DNA of 64,000 nt from Octopus vulgaris (taxonomy: Eukaryota), in assembly GCA_951406725.2 (NCBI GenBank), contig OX597820.1, forward strand, positions 118,358,001 through 118,422,000, read 5' to 3'. Each line of letters opens with the position of its first letter. Within the stretch, counting starts at the first letter, position 1. A program made the translations under genes and the position numbers. The notes beneath the pieces were generated by a model, which worked only from the letters and a program-made list of their open reading frames with translations, did no database searches and had not been told where the DNA came from. Shown piece after piece: positions 1 through 12,020 of this stretch.

Positions 1-423
1 AAAAGAAAAAAACACGAACAACAGAACGAAACGACAAAAGAAGAAAAAAAATGGTTTAGTTTGAATATATAATAAAGTCACTGTTTTAAATTCTATCCTT
101 TTGTTTTGGTTGTTTTCGTGTTTAACAATAAACAGAAAATTCTATTTTCTAGAAGGAAATTAACGTTGTAATATATAATGATATATTATCGTAGATATTA
201 ATTTCTTTTTCGACTGAATTTCACTGTTATTTACTGTCGTTTATCTTATAAAGCGGGAAAATATTGGCAGCACTGCATTGTAGCACAAGTGAATACAAAG
301 ACGCAATGGCGAGCAATACTGCAAACAATGGGAATATGCAGTTTTGCGATATTGATTGTCTGTAATGGGGTAACCGAGTGAACGTTGAAGCTGCGGTGCA
401 TGGATAATATAATAATATAATGA

Positions 424-652
424 CGGCGAGCTGGCAGAAACGTTAGCACGCCGGGCGAAATGCTTAGCGGTATTTCGTCTGCCGTTACGTTCTGAGTTCA
501 AATTCCGCCGAGGTCAACTTTGCCTTTCATCCTTTCGGGGTCGATAAATTAAGTACCAGTTACACACTGGGGTCGATGTAATCGACTTAATCTGTTTGTC
601 TGTCCTTGTTTTTTCCCTCAGTGTTTAGCCCCTTGTGGGTAGTAAAGAAAGA
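424..652 (+). mobile_element. SINE family A monomer (tRNA-like head, Meta/MESC-like core, tail T1)
   Basis: Head ggcgagctggcagaaacgttagc, B-box-like gagttcaaattcc, core gactttgcctttcatcctttcggggtcgataaattaagtaccag. The same sequence recurs about 10 times in the window. Imperfect TSD gataat(a/g)taata. Confidence 0.85.
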
Positions 653-1009
653 GATAATGTAATATCGTGTGTGATGTGTGATATTTCATTGTGTGTGGGG
701 GAGATTGAGAGCTTCAGGGTGACGTAGGGGTTTTAGGTAGTCTTATAGAATGTCTTACAGCATTCATTCCCGTTCTCAGTGTTCAAATCCTGTTGTCGCC
801 CACTTTGCTTTTCCATCTCTCGAGGGACGGGAAAGTCAATAGATAAAGTACCAGACGAGTAAAAGAGACGATTAAAAAAAAAATCTTTTATTCTTTCTTC
901 CCGGAAGAAATTGGTTTCGGTTGGAGTTGAAGTTGGATGGGGTTTCCGAACCCCCCAAACCCAGACCAGCCGAGTGTGACAATGGTGTCCCCTAAAACTA
1001 TATTAGTTG

Positions 1010-1215
1010 TATTGGTTGGCATCCTTTTTGTCTCGGGAGACAATGGAGTTGCGCATAAAGTAGTCTAGTCCGGCTCTTACATTTCATGTCCTGATACATT
1101 TCCTGCTGTGGCTGTGTAGTCCTATCCTGGACAAACACGCCCTCTGGCAGGTACCGCAAATGTAGCGAAGACTGTTCCTGGCTGGTTGTAAAGGGTAAAA
1201 AATAGATGGAGAAGT
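1010..1215 (-). mobile_element. RTE (BovB-like) LINE 3' end fragment
   Basis: Minus strand reads YICGTCQRACLSRIGLHSHSRKCIRT*, the C-terminal zinc-finger-like motif of RTE-BovB ORFs. It is followed by the 3' end ccattgtctcccgagacaaaaaggatgcc. Confidence 0.7.
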
Positions 1216-1539
1216 GTGGTAGAATTCCATAGAACATTATCGCTCTCATTCAGTCGAGATTAACTCAGAGGATAAAAGAAATGTCCATAAATAGAGACAA
1301 AATAAAGAATCTTATTAGTCTGCAAGTTTGTTTTCAGATATAAACTACCCGGAATAAATGCAACGAAACATGAAATCCGCCTTGGTCACCACCAGAAACT
1401 ACAGACATACAATACTTGGCAGAGGAGAGAGAGTAACCTGTTCGAATTACTACGAGATACTCTACAACAATAAAAAATAAATGTGGCCTTGCACTAGTCA
1501 AAGATGGGAGAATGGATCTATGGACAATATCTATCGAGG

Positions 1540-1898
1540 TAATACAGTTCTTTATTTAAGCTATGAGGATTTATTTACATTATTTACATTATTTACATTT
1601 GACAGATATTTATCCTCATTTTGTTTGTTGTTAACACAACGTTTCGGCTGATATACCCTCCAGCATTCATCAGGTGTCTTGGGGGAAATTCTGAACCTGG
1701 TTTCTCATTCCTAAGGTATTTTTCGATGTTTTTGTTATTATTATTATTATTATTGTTATTATTATTGTTATTATTATTGTTATTATTATTATTATAATTA
1801 TTCAGGTCATTGCCTGGAATCGAACTCAGAATCTTGGGGTTAGCAGCCCGCACTCTTAACCACTACGCCATATGCCCGTTGGCATATGGCATAGTGGT
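1540..1898 (-). mobile_element. SINE-like family H, complete copy: tRNA-like head + (AAT)n + hammerhead-containing tail
   Basis: Minus strand: A box tggcgtagtggttaag, anticodon-like arm ggg-ctgctaa-ccc, B box gagttcgattcc, (AAT)n at ~1735-1800, then a tail also found at 15250, 17017, 52575 and 57900. Confidence 0.8.
1634..1677 (-). ncRNA. Minimal type I hammerhead ribozyme motif
   Basis: ACAC-CUGAUGA-A-UGCUG(loop)CAGCC-GAAAC-GUU-GUGU. Stem I is ACAC/GUGU, the core is intact, palindromic AACGUU replaces stem III, and stem II has one mismatch. Confidence 0.7.
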
Positions 1899-1997
1899 AT
1901 TCGGTTGTCTAGTTTCCTGCCACAGGTTTGTTTGACCAAGACTAAGGCTTACATAGCATAATTATCCCGATGAGTTACGACCAAAATAGTACAGATC

Positions 1998-2210
1998 TAA
2001 CCATTTAGCATTCAGATCACTCTCTTTAATATAATTCTAATTTAATCCCATTGTTTTTGAGTCAACCATTCTGTATCCCGTGGCTTCAAGATTTCAATGA
2101 TGGGATCGTTTATTTTTAGAACGACATTGTAAGGTAGATATCAGAGGCTGAACCTAGCTGCTTCGAAAATAGAACCGGAAATAAACCAATTTGACTGGAT
2201 GTCGGCTACG
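1998..2210. mobile_element. Old MITE (piggyBac-like TTAA type), same family as 27616-28582
   Basis: Starts taaccatttagcattcagat, the reverse complement of the terminus at 28561-28582. The interior resembles 27670-27790 inverted. Confidence 0.45.
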
Positions 2211-2595
2211 ATTGATCAGCGCAGAAGAGAAATGATAATGTGCCCCAAGCGAGACTACCATTGCCTGAAACCTGTGTGTTTAGCATTAAGGTTTGCTTTT
2301 ACACAAATGAGCCAGCGTGGGAGTCACGTAGTAGTCGATCAGACTGCTAGAAACAGCAAACAAATGTTACTCATAGAAAACCCTCACCTTAAAATTTAAA
2401 AAAAAACGTCTATTAGGTAATAGAGTTCTAGATATCTAAAGGAAAAGACGGGATAGTCACGGTTGGTACGGCGGTTTTGACTTGATCCTAATCAATAACA
2501 AGTAACATTAAACAGCAGATTGGAAACTGGAAAAAAGGGCAACATCCTTGTAATGCGACGCGGCACCTGATACCTCAACATATGCGCTTGGTAAT

Positions 2596-2805
2596 GGCGG
2601 TAAGCTAGCAGAATCGTTAGCACGCGAAATGCTTAGCGGCTTTTCGTCTGTCTTTACGTTCTGAGTTCAAATTACCCCGGGATCGACTTTATCTTTTAGC
2701 CTTCCGGGGTCGATAAATTAAGTACCGTTTAAGCATTGGGGGTGGGTCGATGTAATTGACTTACCCACACCCTGAACTTGCTGGCCTTCTACAAAAATTT
2801 GAAAG
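2596..2805 (+). mobile_element. SINE family A, older diverged copy
   Basis: ggcggtaagctagcagaatcgttagcacg...gttctgagttcaaattacccc...ggggtcgataaattaagtacc. Confidence 0.7.
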
Positions 2806-3344
2806 CAGTGTATACGCTTGCTTGCTCCGAAATACGATGTTACCTACTTGTTGGGAGAGCTGTGATACACCTGCCACAATATATGCTGTCTGAAATCGCA
2901 TAGAATCAGCTGACCGAGTTTTTACCTAGCATAGGTCTACTCCATTAGGGCTGACCTGGTGATAGGCAACACAGCATCATGTCTATCGTGAGACACCAAA
3001 TTCTTTGAAATGCTTTATATGACAGCTTTATTTTTTTTTTTTAACTCGTAAAAGCTAACTGGTTTTCTGCATGTGCAAGAAACAATTATAACTGACTGGG
3101 AAATAATTCGCTTTTCCTGGGTGGAATGTGGGAGCAGAGGCTGTTGGAAACTTCAAAGCAGGATTTATTACAGTGAAAATTATTCCCATCATCCACTTCA
3201 CAAAGAGAAATTAAAAATTGATGGAGATTATCACGTGCAAAACTGTGGCAATTTCAACACTATAATTGTATTTCCTTATAAATGTATTGATGCAGTTTTT
3301 CCTCTGTGTTTCTGTCTTTGATATGTATGTTTGTGTGTTGGTTT

Positions 3345-3365
3345 AATAGCGTGTGAGTGTGTGTC

Positions 3366-3427
<62 letters not shown>

Positions 3428-3791
3428 TGTGTACATTTATTACTGATATGTGTGTGCGCGTGTATGTGTCTGTGAATATCTCAACTATGTGCTACTAGTG
3501 TGGAATTTATTAGTGTATATACATACATATACCTGTACGTGTATATACGTACATACACACACACACACATAAGCATACACTAACTGACACAAATATTTGT
3601 ACATAGTCCCATATATACATACATACCCATATATATATATATATATATCAATGCATAAATAGATGTAGATATGTGTGTATATATGTGTATATATATATAT
3701 GTACATATATATGTGTATATATGAATAGACATATATATATACATATATATACATATATATATATGTATATATATATACAAGCGCTATAACT

Positions 3792-3843
<52 letters not shown>

Positions 3844-4250
3844 CGTACATACATACGTATATGTACACAGGTAATGGCGCCTGTGTATATGTGTAGGTGT
3901 ATATATGTGTATGCATATACTTTTTGCAGTTCCTATATGTGTGTGCCTGTGAGTATTTGTGTGTGTCTTTGTATATGTGTGACTGTGTGCGCGTGTATTG
4001 TGGTGTCTGTGGATAGTTTCAATCAAACGTTTGCAGCATTTTAATTGCTTCTCATCCCGACTCAGGTACGTACATATACACACATAGGGACATCTACATA
4101 TACACACGCAAACGCACATACATACATTTATGCGTATATATATTTTATCCATACATCCATCCATCCATGCCTTGATACATACAGACATGTGTATACACGC
4201 AAATACATACATACATGTATTATATGTATATATATATGTATATATGTATA

Positions 4251-4310
<60 letters not shown>

Positions 4311-4590
4311 CATACATACATATATATATATATATATGAGTATGCATGTATATGAATGCATGTACGTGTATATGTATAGTATGCATATATATATGTGTGT
4401 GTGTGTGTGTGTGCGTGTATGTGTGTATGTGCGTGTGTGCGTGTGTATAGTCATATATGTGTGCATATCGCTCACATGTATGGACGACACATGAGCGTAT
4501 AAAAATATGCTGTGAAAGACCACATCCGCACATGCACATGTATACATGCAAATGTATACATGCACATGTATACATCAAACATACGAAAAC
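3345..4590. repeat. Compound (GT)n/(TA)n/(CATA)n microsatellite region
   Basis: Directly visible; source of the YI/HT-rich spurious ORFs. Confidence 0.95.
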
Positions 4591-5044
4591 ACATGCAGAT
4601 CAACAACACTAAACAAGTAAAAGCCACATGGATTTTCCGCCATTGCATTCTCTCTCACCCTCTTCCCATCCTACGCCTCTCCTAATCTCTTCTTTTACTC
4701 TCCATCCTTTTAAAATTCGAATTGAATATTGCTCTCTCTCTCTCTCTCTGTCATTCTTCTTTCCGTCGTCTCTCATAATATTTACAATATTTTCACTAAA
4801 ATAGAAAGCGATGTGATACAATGGTGTCGGTTCCGCGATGAATAATTTGCGTCGAGGTTTCGGCTTCCCTTTGAATCGTCTCCGTGACACATTTTACTCT
4901 AGAAATATATGAATCTCATAAAAAAAAAGAAAACCCTCTCCCACTTCTATATATTAACAATGGAAGATTTCTATTTGTTCATTCGGATTTTGAGATCTAG
5001 CACCCGATTCTTCATCCAAATTCTGTTCTAGCATCTTAAAAACA

Positions 5045-5412
5045 TCATCATCATCGTTCGACCGTGGTCGAGACAATAGAATTTACTATGTTACGCCAGA
5101 CTTCACGGTCCATCATAGCATTACGGAGGTCCTGTTGTTGGATGCCTGTATCCCTGGAGATTACATCTGGGTAGGGGAGTGTGCGCCCTCTGGTATCGCG
5201 AGCGGATGGCTTCCAGAGGAGAAGAGTAGAAATTACCTCGTTTTCAGCTCTACAACAATGTCCAGCAAACTGGACTCTCCTACCTTTCACAAGAGATGAC
5301 ACAGGTGGTAGTTTCCCATATATTTGTACTTTGGTTGGATGACGCTTCCACAAGAGATTTTGAGCTCTCATAAGGAGGAGAGTGTAGGTTCCATCCAACC
5401 GCCTCTCAACCT
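5045..5412 (-). mobile_element. 5'-truncated RTE-clade (RTE-X-like) LINE 3' end with 11-bp TSD
   Basis: ORF end RRVQFAGHCCRA...LLWKP...MDREVWR, (TGA)n tail, TSD tcttaaaaaca at 5034-5044 and 5413-5423. Near-identical copy at 47237. Confidence 0.88.
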
Positions 5413-5499
5413 TCTTAAAAACAAGAAGAGCACATCAGATAATTATAGTCCTAAATATTATTCAAAAGTCTGTATGGAGAGTCAAGGCTTTATCTTTCA

Positions 5500-5862
5500 G
5501 GCATTGTGCAGCGGCCATGCTGGTGCACTAACTTCAAGGAACTTTTAGTGGTGCAGATCGACGCCTGTACTTATTGTTTTAAAAGTCTATCACTGATTCT
5601 ATCGGTTGCATTTTTCGAACTGCTGGTTTATGGGACATAAGCAAACTAACACCGATTGACAGGCGATGGTGGGCGGCGGGGGAGAGACAAGCATAGACAA
5701 AAAGACACGCTCACAGTTTCCATCTATTAAATGTATCCACAGGGTATTGATCGGTCGGGAGCAATAGTAAAAGACATTTGTCCAAGGTGCCGAGCAGTGG
5801 AATTGAACTCAAAGCTACGTGGTTGGAAAGTGAGGTTCTTAACCACACGACCAACCCTGTGC
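5500..5862 (-). mobile_element. SINE family B, old diverged copy
   Basis: gcggccatgctgg...ccaaggtgccgagcagtggaattgaac...aaccacac matches the reverse complement of family B. Confidence 0.65.
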
Positions 5863-6334
5863 GAATGCTAACTTCTTTCAAAAATTGCTTGGCTTTATAT
5901 TGAATTTATCCTTTCAGATCACAGTTTTGGAACGATTCTCTTGATTCTATAATCCAGGGTTCACTAACAGCATCAGCATTCCATCATTCGTACCACTAAC
6001 CACACTGACTCCCACCTTCATGATAACACATCCCATTCCTTTATAGTCGTCATCACAGCCTCCGCCATTTGTATGCAACGTCGTCACTTCAAACTAACCG
6101 AGCAGCACTTCTGTAACCATATACGTCGATTTATGTTGACATGCAGGAGCTGGTCCTATTGTCTCATCCAATAGCACCATTGAACAGATATTACACAGGC
6201 GTCAGTTATACGCAACCGAGACACCTCACACCAGTCGTGCATTAATCTGTAAAAACACAGAGATCGATTTATTCTCAAGTGGAAAAATCGTAACCTTCTA
6301 TTATCCGGTATTTACGAATACCAAGTCGCTAGAT

Positions 6335-6467
6335 ACACACACTCACACATTGATACACACACACATACACACACATACACTCACACACTCGCACACACAA
6401 ATAAGTATACATACATGCATACATAATATATATATGCATCCAATTAAACGCAGCCACATATGTGTGT

Positions 6468-6499
<32 letters not shown>

Positions 6500-6782
6500 T
6501 GTATGTATGTATATGTATGTCCGTATGTATGCCCGTATGTATGCACGCATGTAAGTGTGTGTGCATGTATGTATGTATGTATGTAAGTATGTATGTATGT
6601 ATGTATGTATGTATGTATGTATGTGTATGAGTGTATATGTATGTCCATATGTATGAATGTATGTGTATGAGAGTATATATATGTCCGTATGTATGTATGT
6701 ATGCATGTATGTATGCATGTATGTATATATGTATGTATGTGTATGAGCGTATATGTACGTCCATATGTATGTATGTATGTCC

Positions 6783-6813
<31 letters not shown>

Positions 6814-6865
6814 TGTATGTATGTATGTATGTATGTATGTATGTATGTATGTATGTATGTATGCC
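6335..6865. repeat. (CA)n/(TATG)n microsatellite
   Basis: Directly visible. Confidence 0.95.
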
Positions 6866-7289
6866 TTTGTAAATACACAAGTCGGCCGAGTCATTAGCAC
6901 CTCAGATATAATGCCTTGTAACTTCTCTTGGCTGAGTTCAAATCCGACAAAAGTCAAAACTTTATTTTCATTTTTTCTCAGGGTCAATAAAGAAAGTGCC
7001 AGCCGAGGATGGTGAATCGGTGGATTGTTACAGAGCCACGCGAAATGGTTTGCTGCCTCTGTTTCGGCCTCAGCTCTGCGTGTTAAAATCTCGCCTCCTG
7101 AGGACTTTGTGAGTTGGTCAAATGTTGAAAACATGGACTGTCTTTAGGAAGTACCAAAACATCCCTCTCAACAGCATTACGGCTGACAGAAGAGAATTCA
7201 AAAGGAATTTTAAGTTCTATGAACTCAACAAATAATTTGGCTGCGTAATTAAGATGTTCATTTTACAACAACTTGGCATTAGGCTCCAG

Positions 7290-7565
7290 CTCAAACCCCA
7301 AGGGGTCACAAGAATTTTCATTGAAAACATTTTTGCCATTGGAAAATTCGCCGCAAGAATTTTCGTTGTAAATGACACGATCACGTGTTTTTATTGTTTG
7401 ACGTTGAATAAAGACTTGTCTATTTAATGCTTTTATAAAACCTTTTGTTATTACCTCCACCAAGAAAGGAGGTTATATTTCAGATGCAATAATGTGCTTT
7501 ATCACTGTCCATAGTCGAATTTGTCTAACGGCGAATTTTCTTATCGGGCAAATTTTCCGGACACG
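7290..7565. mobile_element. Probable MITE remnant with ~15-bp subterminal repeats (Mutator-like?)
   Basis: Repeated ggaaaattcgccgca/agaattttcg on the left, inverted acggcgaattttc/gggcaaattttccggacac on the right. Confidence 0.35.
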
Positions 7566-7689
7566 ACTCAAGGTGCCGCGCAGTGGAACGAAATCCAAGA
7601 CCATAGGGTCACAAAGAGAGTTTCCTAACCGCACACTCACAAATGCACCTGATATTAACCATTCTTTATTTGTAATTTCAAGATCATAA

Positions 7690-8070
7690 CCATCCAAAGA
7701 TCACAACTATTGCAACTCCATACACAGACATATAATATCGCACAAGATAGGAAGCCAGACATAGTCTTAATTGGGAAAGAAAACAAACTATGTTGGATCA
7801 TAAGATATAGCATGCCCAGCTGACAACAATGTATGCGATAAGGAAGAAGGAAAAGTCGATAGATATGGCAGGTTAGCTTGGGAAGTTAAGCAGTTGTGGT
7901 CGATGAAAAAGGTAGCAGTAGTACCAATAATTGTTGGAGCCATGGGAACAGTGAGCAAAAATCTCGAGAAGTACATGGTAGAAATAGGGGCTGCAATAAG
8001 GGTGGAGCACTTGTAGAAAACAGCACTGCTTGGAACCGCTCGAATATTCCGGAAGGTACTTGAAAAATAA
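7690..8070 (+). mobile_element. R4/Dong-type non-LTR retrotransposon, restriction-like endonuclease C-terminus (decayed)
   Basis: Reads RKPDIVLIGKENKLCWI..DIACPADNNV..KEEGKVDRY..L..EVKQLW..VVPIIVGAMGTV...KTALLGTARIFRKVLEK* with a frameshift and a stop. Confidence 0.85.
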
Positions 8071-8775
8071 GTTGAGTTGGTCAGGTTTTGCTTTCCTCAG
8101 TTGTTGTCTCAGTACGGTTTTATTTGTAGTTACACAACAACTATTTCTTTATGTCATGTGAAGACCATCTGAGCCGATACAGTTTGTAAGTACGAAGCCT
8201 GTGATGTCATCGATTGATTCCGTTATATCACTCCTTGAAATATATTTGGCCACGTGTCAACTTGGATGTTTCATAACGCCAGTGTGCAATGAACGAGCCG
8301 ATCTATGATCAAAGGACTTCTAGCCGTCACAGTTAGTGACTTCGAAGTAGTCTGGAAGCGATATATTCAGATAAGCAGTAAACAGTTACAACATTAGATT
8401 CGATCATTAAATTTAGCTAAGTCCCTGTCTTGTTCTTTGTTATTAGCTTTCACTCTGATGATGCCACGCATGGAATAACAATTTCCACACGCAATGTTAG
8501 CTGGTACAGGTTGATAAGGACTGTGTTTATATTTATGAAGAAGTGCTCAGAAGACTGACTCACTCAGGCATGCAGTCCAAGGTTCGATCACATAATGCAG
8601 CGTCTTGGAATTTGAAAGCAGACTCAATAGGATTGTACTTCGATACTGAATGATCTTTTTCGATGCTTTTATCGATTCTCTCAAGTCACCGATCAGAAAG
8701 TAAACACCACGTCAAAACATCCAACCGTGTCATGAGCAGCTTCTATCATCTCACAACGCTGCTGTTGTATATCTA

Positions 8776-9035
<260 letters not shown>

Positions 9036-9629
9036 ATGCTTATGCATGTATGCATGCCTTTGTAAATACACAAGTCTACTGAGTCATAAGCGCGTCAGAT
9101 AGAATGCCTTGTAACTTGTTTAGGCTGAGTTCAAATCCGACAAAAGTCAAAATTTTGTTTTCATTATTTCAGGGTCAATAAAGGAAGTGTCAGCCGAGGA
9201 TGGTGAATTGGTGGATTGTTGCAGACCCCACGCCTCCATTACATATATGTAGGGGAGGTACGGGGTCTGGTAGTTTTGGTATTGACTCACGATCGCTAGA
9301 CCATGGGTTCGATGATTCCTGGACCGGATGACTCACCGTGTCATTCATCAAAACATTTCATTTCATGCTGCCCCAGTCCACTTAGCTGTAAATGGGGATG
9401 ACCCTGCGATGGAGTAGCCTTCCGACCAGGGGGGATGTTGGCCTGAATCCCAGTTATGAACTCATTTGCATACAGCCAATCAGAGCTCAACTATCAAACT
9501 AGTGTCCCCTTAGTCACGAAAATAGTCTGGTTGAGTTCAGTGGAAAATGTGCGTTATAGCAGAATCCGTTCTAAACAGGTTAACAGGGGTGAGAAATGTG
9601 AAATTCAGTGCATAAAGTGAATGGAGTTC

Positions 9630-9965
9630 AAATGATGAACTCAATCTCGGTAGCATTTGAACTCAGAACGGAAAGGGCCAGGAGAAATACCACTAAGCAT
9701 TGTATCTCGCGTGGTAACGATTCCACCAGTTCGCCGCCTCATTCGTTTCATATTCTTTTCTTCTCTAGGCACAAGGCTCGAAATTTTTTGGGGGAGGGGG
9801 CAGTCGATTAGATCGACTCCAGTACGCAACTGGTACTTAATTTATCGACCTCGAAAGGCTGAAAGGCAGAGTCGACCTCGGGAGAATTTGAGCTCAGAAC
9901 ATAAAGACGGACGAAATACTGCTAGGTTTTTCGCTCGGCGTGCTAACGTTTCAGACAACTCACCG
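9630..9965 (-). mobile_element. Two adjacent family A SINE pieces (old 5' part + copy with tail T2); duplicate of 11680-12016
   Basis: Matches family A reverse complement; the junction sequence is shared with 11680-12016. Confidence 0.8.
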
Positions 9966-10639
9966 ATGATGCCAAAAGTGTTGCTAATTTGTGTAATTTA
10001 CTAGAAAATGTAAATGAGTGTAGTTTCCTAATTGATTTTGTAATTCCTAATTTAAAATGTTGATCTGCAAACATCGTAATCAATATGGCGTTGTGTCGTG
10101 TTGCGCCCTCCTTGCATAAGTCAATGGGTACAAGCCGTATCGCTAATCTCAGTCTGAGCATAGGTACCTAATGTTAGCTCCATATAGAGCGTGTGGTCAA
10201 TTGATCTATGAGGATGGTCGAGGGAGAGATGTGGTGCTTATGTGAGACTTGCTATGCTGTACTCACAGAGTTCTATGCCCGACTGTTCTATGCCCGACTA
10301 GCTCTACTGTAGCAGTACACAGTATGCGGATTTTCAAGGTGAGTTTTAGTTGGCTGTATGCAAATGAGTGCATTAGTGGGGTCCGGAACTCTCGTGGGAA
10401 AAAAATTCTCGGCGTGCTCGCCTAACCAGTGGGGTAGCGTCATTCGAAAGCCTGAGGCTACTGTGGTCTTTTCTGTAGGCTTTTTTTTTCCACGGATAAA
10501 CCTAATTTGTTTTTTACATTTATGATATTTTCTGTGATACACGAGCCCTTTTGATCGGAATTAAATTTTTTTTTATTTTCGAAAAGAAAAGCTCTACATT
10601 GTATTTGCCCCTCTGTATTCGGCCCTGTGTAGCTAAGAA

Positions 10640-10641
10640 AC

Positions 10642-10719
<78 letters not shown>

Positions 10720-10860
10720 GTCTGTCTGTCTTCTGCCTATCTGTCTGTCTTCTGCCTGTCTGCCTGTCTGTCTGTTTGTCTGTCTCTCTCTCTATCTATC
10801 TATCTGCGTGTGAGTGTGTGTATGTGTATGCATATGTGTGTATGTGTGTGTGCATGTGAG
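10640..10860. repeat. (TATC)n/(TGTC)n/(TG)n microsatellite
   Basis: Directly visible. Confidence 0.95.
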
Positions 10861-11559
10861 CTTCCCATTTGTCTTTATCTTTACCATACAATGGCTAAAT
10901 TTTTTAAAGCTACATATCTCCTGTCTGATTATTGGCATTTTCCCTTGGTTATCTCCCTTTTTGTTTTCTTTAAACACTTAGGACATATTGTATATTTCAT
11001 ATCTTGCTTGAATAGAAACAGGCAGGGATTAACTCAAATCATTTCTAACTTTGGCCGAAAGCCAGCCATTTTGGAGGGAGTGGTGAAGTTGACTACATCG
11101 AGTTCAATAGGTCCTTTGTTTTATGAACGGAAAACTGATGGAAGGAAAAGCCAACCTCGGTGGCATTTGAGCTCAGAACATAAAGGGACCCCCAAAAGTA
11201 ATGCCTCCGAGAGTGTTTGTCCTATGTGGTATCAACACTGTCCACCCGACAACATAATTAACCAATAAGTGGGTAATTGAATATATCCAGCTATTACAGA
11301 CATATTACTTACTCCCTCAACCAGAAGGATTTAAAAGCAGATGATTTAGGGAGAGATTTAAATATTTAAGGATATTTCATCCAGCATCCTTCCGTTGCTG
11401 TGAATCATCTGTCATCTTCATGTTTAAATACGGCTATGAGTAATAGCATAAGTGGTCTTATTGTAAGGATTGAAACTGCATTGCAGTACAGCCTGCTGCA
11501 AGTCTACATCTTCCTCTCTTTTGTTGCAATCCATTTTTATATTGACTGGAGACCACAGT

Positions 11560-12020
11560 TTTTCAGGGATAGGGGTACAGTTACCTCAATCAACCTCTCT
11601 AGTCGTATCATATTAATTCTTTCTGATTGTGGTACAAGGTCAGTAAGCTGCTTGACTGGTACTTGTTTTATCGGTCCTTAAATGATGAACTCAATCTCGG
11701 TAGCATTTGAACTCATAACGGAAAGGGCCAGGAGAAATACCACTAAGCATTATACCTCGCGTGGTAACGATTCCACCAGTTCGCCGCCTCAATCGTTTCA
11801 TATTCTTTTCTACTCGAGGCACAAGGCCCGAAATTTGGGGGGAGGCGGGGGCAGTCGATTAGATCGACTCCAGTACGCAACTGGTACTTAATTTATCGAC
11901 CTCGAAAGGCTGAAAGGCAGAGCCGACCTCGGGAAAATTTGAACACAGAACGTAAAGACGGACGAAATACTGCTAAGCATTTCGCCCGGCGTGCTAACGT
12001 TTCAGACAGCTCACCGCCTC
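11560..12020 (-). mobile_element. Two adjacent family A SINEs (old + younger with tail T2)
   Basis: actggtacttaatttatcgacctcgaaaggctgaaaggc...gctaacgtttcagacagctcaccgcc. Confidence 0.8.

Noticed and set aside
1801-1878. tRNA genes at SINE heads (also ~31890-31966 and ~33905-33980)
   Set aside because: A and B boxes are present, but the acceptor stems do not pair properly and each continues into a SINE body.
8455-8520. CTGATGA motifs at ~8455 and ~38891 as additional hammerheads
   Set aside because: No stem II followed by GAAA and no closing stem I.
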